Shown one piece after another: positions 8,681 to 15,967 of a stretch of 32,000 bases of DNA. The notes beneath the pieces are model-generated. The model saw only the letters and a list, made by a program, of their open reading frames with translations, was not told the DNA's origin and searched no databases. How positions within the stretch are numbered: the stretch's first letter is position 1; every line of letters starts with the position of its first letter. Source of the DNA: Gemmata obscuriglobus (GTDB lineage Bacteria > Planctomycetota > Planctomycetia > Gemmatales > Gemmataceae); NCBI RefSeq assembly GCF_008065095.1, contig NZ_CP042911.1, forward strand, positions 5,280,001 through 5,312,000. The letters run 5' to 3'. Position numbers and translations under genes: made by a program.

Positions 8681-8956
8681 TTACAGTCCCCAGCGTAACC
8701 CGACCGATTCGGACTCCAGATCGACAGCCACGAACAGTTCGCCGCCGTCAATCACACTGCCGTCTGGCGGGACCGGGGCGAACAGGACGAGCCACGCAAC
8801 GGGGTGTTTGGATGCTCGACTCGGTGGAACCAGTGGGTTCGGGGACGCCCCACGGAGCCGCCACTCGTGGCAGTCCGGCCGATTAGCGACGAAAGCCGCG
8901 GCCCGACGGATTGCCTCAGCTTGAGCATCTTCCCGTGAGTATCGCAGCCGAGCCAA
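8681..8956 (-). CDS. Possible small hypothetical protein (91 aa, TTG start)
   Basis: The C-terminal two-thirds of track ORF 8681-9079 have a protein-like composition (HPVAWLVLFAPVPPDGSVIDGGELFVAVDLESESV). TTG at 8956 has GAGG 8 nt upstream. The annotated ATG at 9079 lies inside a palindrome, so it is doubtful. No family was recognised. Confidence 0.3.
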   Translation of the reverse strand: MARLRYSREDAQAEAIRRAAAFVANRPDCHEWRLRGASPNPLVPPSRASKHPVAWLVLFAPVPPDGSVIDGGELFVAVDLESESVGLRWGL

Positions 8957-9011
8957 ACCGTTGCCCTCTGGGTGCCGAACCGGCTGTTGGTGTGCGTTTC
9001 GGTTTTTGTCT

Positions 9012-9079
9012 TTGTGGCACAGACATTCCTGTCTGTGCGGCCTTATCGCGCCGCACAGACAGGAATGTCTGTGCCACAA
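9012..9079. repeat. Perfect 30-bp inverted repeat with 8-nt spacer; each arm holds a nested 8-bp palindrome
   Basis: TTGTGGCACAGACATTCCTGTCTGTGCGGC-cttatcgc-GCCGCACAGACAGGAATGTCTGTGCCACAA. The inner units are CACAGACA-ttcc-TGTCTGTG (9018-9037) and its mirror (9054-9073). Verified base by base. Confidence 0.9.
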
Positions 9080-9123
9080 GAAACAGACACAACCAGCCGG
9101 ACCGTGAATGAAGGTTTCGGGCC

Positions 9124-9215
9124 AAAAGTCCGATCGTCGAAAGTCACAAAGTCACAAATCAATCAGCCGCAATAATTTGCGACTTTACGACTTACTAACC
9201 TGACGACTTTTGACT
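9124..9215. promoter_or_regulatory. AT-rich block with a dyad array of AAAGTC motifs
   Basis: Forward copies are AAAAGTC at 9124-9130 and a perfect tandem AAAGTCAC AAAGTCAC at 9140-9155. Reverse copies are GACTTT 9181-9186, GACTT 9189-9193, GACTTTT 9205-9211 and GACT 9212-9215. The array is centred on an AT-rich core (AATAATTT). Function unknown. Confidence 0.5.
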
Positions 9216-9257
9216 CGAAGCCTTTAAAACGCGGCCGCCTCCTGGCCCCTTGACCCG

Positions 9258-10073
9258 TTACGGTTCGGCCCCGCTCGCCGCGTTTGACCGCCCCGAAGCG
9301 ATGAGCCGTTCGAGCCGCTGCACCACGCCCGTGTACGCCCGGGTGAGCCGGTCGCGGCGGCCCAACATGAGCACGTCGTAGCACCCGAACCCCGGGTCCC
9401 ACACCGGCGGGCTGCACGCCAGGAACCCGAGCCGCAGATCCATGCGGACGATTTCGGGCAGCGTGCGCTCATCCGCAGGGGACACGGGCACCTCGCGCAA
9501 GCTTCCCACGCGGTTCAGCGGCCACGGCTCGACCGCCCACTCCGGGTCCATCCGGTGCCGCAACAGGTACGAGTAGATGCGGTTCAGCTCGTCCGCGTCG
9601 GCGCGAAAGCTGTCGGCGCCGAGCAGGTACTTACAGCCGTACTCGCGGAGGAGCAGTTCCATGCCGTAAGAAAGGTACTGGAACGCGAGCGTGCTGCGGT
9701 ACTCGGCCGCGACGCACGCGCGGCCCCCCTGGAGGATCTCGTGCGCGATCGGCTTCAGCGGAGCCAGGTCGAACTCGTCGGACGCGTAGAACCCCCCGTT
9801 GGCGACCGCGCTCGGCCCGCTGATCGCCCGGTACGTGCCCACCACCCGCTGCCGGTCGTCATCGAAGAGGAAGAGTTGGTCACACCAGGCGTCGAACTGG
9901 TCGGCGTCGCGCCCGGGGCCGCGGTCGGTGCCGACGTAGTTGTAGCCCTGTTCCGCGACGAACACGTCGTACCGGAGCTTGAACACGGCATCCAGTTCGT
10001 GCGGCTCGGTCGCCAGCCCGAGCCGCCACGGGTGCCCGCACACCGACCGCAGGTCCAGCAGCCACCGCGCCAT
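9258..10073 (-). CDS. GNAT-family N-acyltransferase, OlsB / N-acyl amino acid synthase-like ('putative hemolysin' family)
   Basis: 271 aa. LDAVFKLRYDVFVAEQGY...DQFDAWCDQLFLFD...VVGTYRAI...FYASDEFDL matches the Acetyltransf_5 / OlsB-type pattern, including the N-terminal acyltransferase fold and the C-terminal extension. Confidence 0.8.
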   Translation of the reverse strand: MARWLLDLRSVCGHPWRLGLATEPHELDAVFKLRYDVFVAEQGYNYVGTDRGPGRDADQFDAWCDQLFLFDDDRQRVVGTYRAISGPSAVANGGFYASDEFDLAPLKPIAHEILQGGRACVAAEYRSTLAFQYLSYGMELLLREYGCKYLLGADSFRADADELNRIYSYLLRHRMDPEWAVEPWPLNRVGSLREVPVSPADERTLPEIVRMDLRLGFLACSPPVWDPGFGCYDVLMLGRRDRLTRAYTGVVQRLERLIASGRSNAASGAEP

Positions 10074-10389
10074 CGTCTCTCGCCTCTCGTGTCCCCAACG
10101 CTTATTGAGGGATGATACGAAACCACCCCAACCGCGGCGGGCACTTGCCGCGGGCGCCCGCGGCGCGCGTATAACATGTTTCCAGAACTATTCACGCCCG
10201 TGTGGATCGCGCGAACCGCCGGCCGCGAATTTCGGTCAAGTGGTGTTGATTCCGCGGCCCGCTGCGCTATCGTGCAAGTTCATCCGGCGCCGCGCGCACG
10301 TGCGCCGTGCGAAATCTGTTTGGGGGCCGGCTCGACAAGTTCGGGCCGCGTCCTACGCTAGTCGTTTCGGAATCTGGTTCAGGTGAGTT

Positions 10390-10929
10390 ATGCCAAGAAC
10401 GAAGACCAAGAAGCCGCGAATCGAAGAAGACGAAGAGGAAGCCGCCCTCCCGGAGGAGTCGCTCGAACCGATCGAGCCGCTCGACGCCCCGGTCGCGGCG
10501 CCCGTGCGCCGCGCCGATAACGGGATGATCCTCGACCTGGAGGGCCACGGCGGCGCGGTCGCCAGCGCGCTGATCGTGAACGGGATGCGGGCGTACCTGT
10601 CGGTGGTCAACAAGGGCGTGAACCTGGTCGCCGCGAACCGGGCTCACACCCAATTCGTACCGGTGAAGATCGCGGCCTGCGTCCAGGGCCTCGACATCAA
10701 GCGGGACGAGCTGAAGAGCCTGGCCGATGTGAACGCGGTCGTGGCGTTCCTGCTGGAGAACGGCGAGGAACAGACCAGCTACTATTTCCCGGTCCCGGAG
10801 TACCTCGCGCGGGCCGAAGACCGCGGCGAAGGCGGGCTGCGGGTGCCGCTCGAAGCGGACGCCAACTGGCTCAACGCCCACGAGGGCCACGCGGGCGTCC
10901 GGCGGGCGTTCGCGAAGCTGATCGGCTAA
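10390..10929 (+). CDS. Hypothetical protein with a charged N-terminal tail
   Basis: 179-aa ORF with an ATG start and a balanced composition, unlike the overlapping Arg-rich antisense ORF 10267-10977. No family was recognised. Confidence 0.65.
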   Translation: MPRTKTKKPRIEEDEEEAALPEESLEPIEPLDAPVAAPVRRADNGMILDLEGHGGAVASALIVNGMRAYLSVVNKGVNLVAANRAHTQFVPVKIAACVQGLDIKRDELKSLADVNAVVAFLLENGEEQTSYYFPVPEYLARAEDRGEGGLRVPLEADANWLNAHEGHAGVRRAFAKLIG

Positions 10930-10937
10930 GGCACGAT

Positions 10938-11044
10938 GGGTTCGCCGCCTGGGGCGGGAGGGGGGCGGAGGGAACACAAAGAGAGCGGGACTCGCTCAGC
11001 TTTTGTGTTCCCTCCGCCCCCCTCCCGCCCCAGGCGGCGAACCC
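10938..11044. repeat. Perfect 43-bp inverted repeat with a 21-nt spacer that itself contains a 5-bp hairpin; the arms carry G-tract / C-tract runs
   Basis: GGGTTCGCCGCCTGGGGCGGGAGGGGGGCGGAGGGAACACAAA (10938-10980) pairs with its exact reverse complement at 11002-11044. The spacer is gaGAGCGggactCGCTCagct. It starts 8 nt after the stop of the 10390-10929 gene, so it is likely a terminator structure. Confidence 0.95.
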
Positions 11045-11335
11045 TTTGCGGCTCATTTCCGGGGGCTCAAGCCGTATTCAAAGAACTGGTAAGGCCGCAC
11101 GTTCGATTCCGCATCGGGCGAATGCCCTTTGCGGTTCGTCGCCGCCCCAATCCTCATCGCTTCTGAACGCAACAACACTCGATCATCAAGGCGAGACGAC
11201 TGAATCTCAGTGGTCTCACGTTCTGGGTCCAACGTAAAACCAAACGGCCCACGAGCGATCCGGAGCTTGTGCCGGATCGCTTCCCAACTGGAACTCGGGA
11301 CGAGTGAGGTCGCTGCGACTTCAAAACCGCTGTGT

Positions 11336-11402
11336 AACAGAACCGGGCGGCGTGTGGCGGTGACGTTGTTTGCGTCACCGCCACACGCCGCCCGGTTCTG
11401 TT
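11336..11402. repeat. Perfect 30-bp inverted repeat with 7-nt loop, immediately downstream of the 976-aa gene on the minus strand
   Basis: AACAGAACCGGGCGGCGTGTGGCGGTGACG-ttgtttg-CGTCACCGCCACACGCCGCCCGGTTCTGTT. It lies 25 nt from the stop codon at 11428-11430, so it is likely a terminator structure. Confidence 0.9.
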
Positions 11403-11427
11403 CCGAGGTCTCAGTCGTGTATCCGGA

Positions 11428-14358
11428 TTACTGCGGCGCGTCGCTCTTCTCGGGCTGCTTTTTCTCAGGCTCTTTCTGCTCGGGTGCCTTCTTGGGAGTC
11501 GGAGGTAGGACGGGCGGGTTGTAGTTCTTCAGGTCGTTAGCGAAGTTGCCGGCGTGGTACGCGAGCATCCCCTTCAGCGTGAGCAGTTTCGCGAGCAGTT
11601 CGGAGTCTTTGGCGGTTCCCGGGGTGGCCTCACGCACGACCTCATCGATCGACGCCTGGGGGGCCAGCCGCCCGTAAGCGCGGACGTGCCGAATCGCGGC
11701 GTCCGCGGCCTTGCGCCGCAGGCCGATGGGCGGCTCACCGATCGTCCGCGTGGCGAGTTGGAGCAGGGACTGCTGAGCCGCTGCCGACTTCAGCCGCTCC
11801 ACGGCGTCCACCGCGGCCGACGCGCGATCGACATCGGTCGGAACGTCAACGGCGTTCCGCAGTTCCGCTTCCGCGAGTTTGAAATCGTACCCCGGCAGAT
11901 CGCCGACCGCCATCTGCCGCAGGAACTCGATCGCGGCCCGGGACTCGGCCTTCTTCACCGGTGCCTCGCGGGGGACCATCATCGGGTCGGCGAACAGCAC
12001 CTTGAACTCGGGCTCCAGCGCCAGCTTGCTGTACGGCTCGGTGATGACCTTGACTTCGGGGTACTCCTTCAAGAGCCGCGACAACCGGGCCTCAAGAACG
12101 GGATCGCGGAACGGTTCAACCGCGAGCCCGATCTCGACCGGGTCGACCTTCGAGCGGAGCGCGTCGTACTTGTCCTGAGCCCCCTTCACCTTCGCGACAT
12201 CAAGCTCGAACCGCTCGATCAGCTTCATGAGGTCGGAAGACGCCAACCCGGTGGCGGAGTACTGGGCCGACGGCGGTTGGGCGGCGATCTGGTTCCGGAG
12301 CCGGGTCATTTCCCCCACGGTGCCGGGCGCCGATTCCGGGGACACGGCGAACTCGGCGGCCAGAACGGAGTAGCTCACGAGAAGCAGCCGGAGGTTCAGC
12401 AGCCGTTTCTGGCTGTCGGAGAGCGCGATCGGCAGGGTGTCGATGACCCGCTGCAACCGGGCGGCGCGGCCCTTGGCGGCATCGCGGAGCACGGTGTCGC
12501 GGCGCCGCTGGACCTCAGTTCGCAGTTTGGCCTGCTCGTCGGCGTTGTAGCGCGCGTCCGGGACGTACGGGTCGGCCAAACCGAGGACGTCGTTCTCGGT
12601 CGCGGCAAGCAGTTCGGCCGTCCGGAGGAGCAACTGGTCGAACGTCGGCGAGCGCGGCTTGTCCGGGGAGGCGATCACGAACACGGGGCGGGCGGCCGCA
12701 CGCGGGTCGGCGGCGAGTTGGCCGACGAGTTCGATCAGCTCGGGGTTGGCGGCGTGGTGGTCGATGAAGATCAGATCGAAGTCGGACGACCGCGCGACGC
12801 GCCGCAGCAGGTCCCGCCCGGAGCCCAGAATTTCGACATCGTAGCCGAACCCGCGGAGCAGCGAGGCGTTCGCGTCGGCCCGGAACTTACCCGGATCGAC
12901 TAGCAGCGCGGTGCCCTTCGACTCCCCCGGTTTGCCGCCGTCGAAGCTCGCGGCACGGCGCAGGATCTCGACGATTTGCACCTTCGCCTCGGGCGGCACC
13001 GGGACCGGGCTGCGCAACAGGGCACTGGCCGCAGCGAACTGAACCGAGTGGTCCGGGTAGCCGAGCGCGCGGACCAGCAGCGACGGCTTCGGCGAAGTCC
13101 CCGCGGGCGGGGTCGCGGCCTCGCGGTCGGCGCGGTCCCCGAGCACCTGAACCATGGCCAGGACCAGCGGGGTGCGCTTCTCGGCCAGTCCGCGGGACAG
13201 CAGTTCGATCAGCGCCCGCGACGGCGCTTCGGACAGGAGCTTGTACACCGCCGGTTCCGTCGCCGCGAGCGGGGCGTACTTGGCCCGCTCGACGGCCCGC
13301 TCCGCGGCCAGCGCGAGAATCAGGGCCTGAGCCGGCTCGTAGTCGGGCCGCACGTCCAGCGCCCAGCGGGCGTAGCGCAGGCCGTAGTACTCTTCCGCCT
13401 GGCCCACGGGCACGTCGGCGAGCCGCACGACCCGGGGCACCTCCCCCGGTTGCACCACCCACACCGGCACCAGCGCGGCGCTGGCGTCCGGGTTGGTTTT
13501 TGCACCGAAGTACCTGCCCTTGTGGTCGTAATACTTGCGGGCGAAGGCGGTCAGCTCGACTTCCGGCCGCTTGGTGTCGGCCTTGGGGCCGGGCACCAGC
13601 TCGTTGTGCAACTGCGCCGCGAGGTCGTGGAGCGTCGAGCTCTCGCTCCGCGGACGAGACAGCACGCGCCACAGGAACGGGACGAAATCGGTCTGGGCGT
13701 TGTTGAGCAGGTCGCGCACGTCGCGCCGGCGCGCCAGCGAAACGAGCACGCCGTACTGCTGATCCGGTGTAAACACGTCGAGCGCCGCGACCCACCCCGC
13801 CATCGTCGGGCCTTCGAGCACGGGGATCGTGTCCAGAATGCCCGCGGCCAGCTCCTTGCTCGGGTTGGCGCGGAGCGCGTCGATGAGGAACGGGACCGCG
13901 TACTCGCCGGTCCGCTTGAGTTCCAACTGCGCGAACTGCTTCTCCTCGTAGGTCTCGCCGAGGTTGCGGACGTACTTGGCCACCCGCTCCGGCTTGTACA
14001 GCACCTTCGCGGTCACCGCTTGCGCGTTCTTGTTGACCAGCTCGATGTTGGCGCGGATCTGCTTCTCGGTGGCCGGGTCGTCGGAGTACTTCGGGATCGT
14101 GCGGAGCGTCTGGAACACCGTGGTGCCGTACTTGCGCTCGATCTCGAGGTAGTCGGCGTCGGTGGGGCCGCTCTTGAGGAACTCGTCCAGGAAGAGGCCG
14201 GCGACGTCGTACTTGCCCTCGCCCACGGTGGCGCGGAACCGCTCGTAAATTTCGAGCGGCTTGAGGGCCGGCCCCCTCGGCGGCTGGGCGCCGGCGCCCC
14301 CGCCGAGCGCGAGGGCGAACAGGGCCAGTCCGAAAGCGAGGAACGAAGCGGTTCTCAC
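11428..14358 (-). CDS. Large (976 aa) signal-peptide protein with helical-repeat regions, an internal receiver (REC)-like domain and a Lys/Pro/Glu-rich tail
   Basis: GTG start preceded by AAGAGGAGA. The N-terminus is MRTASFLAFGLALFALALGGGAGAQPP. Residues ~482-568 (ALLVDPG...FDLIFIDHH...VFVIASPDKP) follow the REC pattern D...D...S...KP. The tail is PPTPKKAPEQKEPEKKQPEKSDAPQ. Confidence 0.85.
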   Translation of the reverse strand: MRTASFLAFGLALFALALGGGAGAQPPRGPALKPLEIYERFRATVGEGKYDVAGLFLDEFLKSGPTDADYLEIERKYGTTVFQTLRTIPKYSDDPATEKQIRANIELVNKNAQAVTAKVLYKPERVAKYVRNLGETYEEKQFAQLELKRTGEYAVPFLIDALRANPSKELAAGILDTIPVLEGPTMAGWVAALDVFTPDQQYGVLVSLARRRDVRDLLNNAQTDFVPFLWRVLSRPRSESSTLHDLAAQLHNELVPGPKADTKRPEVELTAFARKYYDHKGRYFGAKTNPDASAALVPVWVVQPGEVPRVVRLADVPVGQAEEYYGLRYARWALDVRPDYEPAQALILALAAERAVERAKYAPLAATEPAVYKLLSEAPSRALIELLSRGLAEKRTPLVLAMVQVLGDRADREAATPPAGTSPKPSLLVRALGYPDHSVQFAAASALLRSPVPVPPEAKVQIVEILRRAASFDGGKPGESKGTALLVDPGKFRADANASLLRGFGYDVEILGSGRDLLRRVARSSDFDLIFIDHHAANPELIELVGQLAADPRAAARPVFVIASPDKPRSPTFDQLLLRTAELLAATENDVLGLADPYVPDARYNADEQAKLRTEVQRRRDTVLRDAAKGRAARLQRVIDTLPIALSDSQKRLLNLRLLLVSYSVLAAEFAVSPESAPGTVGEMTRLRNQIAAQPPSAQYSATGLASSDLMKLIERFELDVAKVKGAQDKYDALRSKVDPVEIGLAVEPFRDPVLEARLSRLLKEYPEVKVITEPYSKLALEPEFKVLFADPMMVPREAPVKKAESRAAIEFLRQMAVGDLPGYDFKLAEAELRNAVDVPTDVDRASAAVDAVERLKSAAAQQSLLQLATRTIGEPPIGLRRKAADAAIRHVRAYGRLAPQASIDEVVREATPGTAKDSELLAKLLTLKGMLAYHAGNFANDLKNYNPPVLPPTPKKAPEQKEPEKKQPEKSDAPQ

Positions 14359-14540
14359 CGTGTGTCTCCTCTTACGGCCGATTGCGGCGAGTCCGAGTTG
14401 GATGGCAGGTCGGCGCCCGCACCTTTCACGCTAAGCGCGTCGGCATGCGGGGTAAAGCCGATAAACTCGGTTGATCGAGCGCGGGCGCTGGCACGGCCGC
14501 GACCAACCGAGCTTGTTAGATGTGATTCTGAAAGCGCCGA

Positions 14541-15854
14541 TCAGGTTAAGCAATCCTCTTCGCACGCGACGAGGTCGGCAAAGGTCTCGCGGCGGCGGAT
14601 TAATCGATGCGTGCGGCCTGAGACGAGCACCTCCGCCGCCCGGCACCGGGAGTTGTAGTTGGACGACATCGTCATCCCGTAGGCGCCGGCGGAGAACACC
14701 GCGAGCAGGTCCCCGCGGGTCAGGCCCGGCAGCGGGCGGTCCTTGGCGAGGTAGTCGCCGCTCTCGCAGACGGGGCCGACCACGTCCTGCTTGAAGCAGT
14801 TCGGCATCTCGCGGAACGGCTGCGGGTCGTCCGGGTCCCCGTTCACGTCGGGCGTCACCGGCACGCCGGCGGCGGGCGCGACCGGCCAGATCCGGTGGAA
14901 CGAGCCGTACAGGGTGGGCCGGATGAGGTCGTTCATCGCGGCGTCCTGGATCACGTAGTGCTTGCCGCCGGTGGACTTCGTGAACACGACGCGGCTGAGC
15001 AGGACCGCGGCGTTCCCGACGATGAACCGCCCGGGTTCGAGGATGAGCTGGCAGCCGCTCTCCTTGACGACCGGGAGGATGACGTCCGCGAACGCGCTGG
15101 CCGGCTTCGCCTCGTCCTTCCGGTAGTTGATCCCGAACCCGCCGCCCATGTTCAGGTACTTGATGTCGTGCCCCTGTGCCCGGAACTGCTTGATGAGCCC
15201 CAGCCCCTTTTCGGCCCCCATCCGGTACGGGTCGGCCTTCAGGATGGGCGAGCCCAGGTGCATGTGCAGCCCGACGACGGACAGCCCCGGGTGTCCGACG
15301 ACCCCCTTCGCGACGTCCACGATGGTTTCGATGTCGAGGCCGAACTTCACGCCCTTGACGCTGGTGTCGGTTTTGACGTGCGTCTTCGGCGGCAGGTCCG
15401 GGTTGACGCGCAGCGCGACATCAGCCTTGACGCCGAGTTTCTGGGCCACGGCGCCGATCGCGTGGAGTTCTTGCTCGCTCTCGACGTCGAACAGGAACAC
15501 GCCGTTCTTCAGCGCGAACTCGATCTCGGAGTCGGTTTTGCCGACGCCGGCGAACACGACCTTCGCGGCCGCCGGGCCGGCCTTCAGGGCGCGCTGGAAC
15601 TCGCCCTGCGAGGTGACGTCGAAGCCGGACCCGTGTTGCCCCATCAGGCGGCAAATCGACAGGTTGCCGTTCGCCTTCACACTGTAACAGATGACGGGGT
15701 TGGCGTCCCGGAACGCGGTCTGCACCTCGTTGAGGTTCGCGACCAGCGCGGCCTCGGAGTAGACGTACAGCGGGGTGCCGTACTTCTCCGCGAGTTCGGG
15801 AACGGGGACGTCTTCGCAGAACAGGGTGCGGTCGCGGTAGTCGAAGTGGTCCAT
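14541..15854 (-). CDS. lysA: Diaminopimelate decarboxylase
   Basis: 437 aa. TPLYVYS, YSVKANGNL (PLP lysine), HLGS, EPGR and CESGD motifs appear in canonical order. Confidence 0.95.
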   Translation of the reverse strand: MDHFDYRDRTLFCEDVPVPELAEKYGTPLYVYSEAALVANLNEVQTAFRDANPVICYSVKANGNLSICRLMGQHGSGFDVTSQGEFQRALKAGPAAAKVVFAGVGKTDSEIEFALKNGVFLFDVESEQELHAIGAVAQKLGVKADVALRVNPDLPPKTHVKTDTSVKGVKFGLDIETIVDVAKGVVGHPGLSVVGLHMHLGSPILKADPYRMGAEKGLGLIKQFRAQGHDIKYLNMGGGFGINYRKDEAKPASAFADVILPVVKESGCQLILEPGRFIVGNAAVLLSRVVFTKSTGGKHYVIQDAAMNDLIRPTLYGSFHRIWPVAPAAGVPVTPDVNGDPDDPQPFREMPNCFKQDVVGPVCESGDYLAKDRPLPGLTRGDLLAVFSAGAYGMTMSSNYNSRCRAAEVLVSGRTHRLIRRRETFADLVACEEDCLT

Positions 15855-15967
15855 GAACCGGCGGCCCGTGAAGGGTGTGTGAGTTTCGTTAACCCGTTCG
15901 CGTTGAACGGAATGGGAGAGGTATCATAACCGCTCCGCCCCGCCGCGTCCCGATCCGCCGAGGCTAC

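Noticed and set aside
10938-11044. Interpretation of the 43-bp-arm palindrome as a MITE with terminal inverted repeats
   Set aside because: There is no target-site duplication (flanks are ...cacgat and tttgcg...). The arms are contiguous apart from a 21-nt spacer. I cannot see other full copies in this window. It is kept as a structural palindrome or terminator finding instead.
11101-11110. GTTCGATTCC, identical to a tRNA T-loop consensus, suggesting a tRNA gene or tRNA-derived att site
   Set aside because: The flanking bases do not form a T-stem (GCACG against CCGCA). No acceptor, D or anticodon arms could be folded from the surrounding ~80 nt on either strand. No integrase is nearby.
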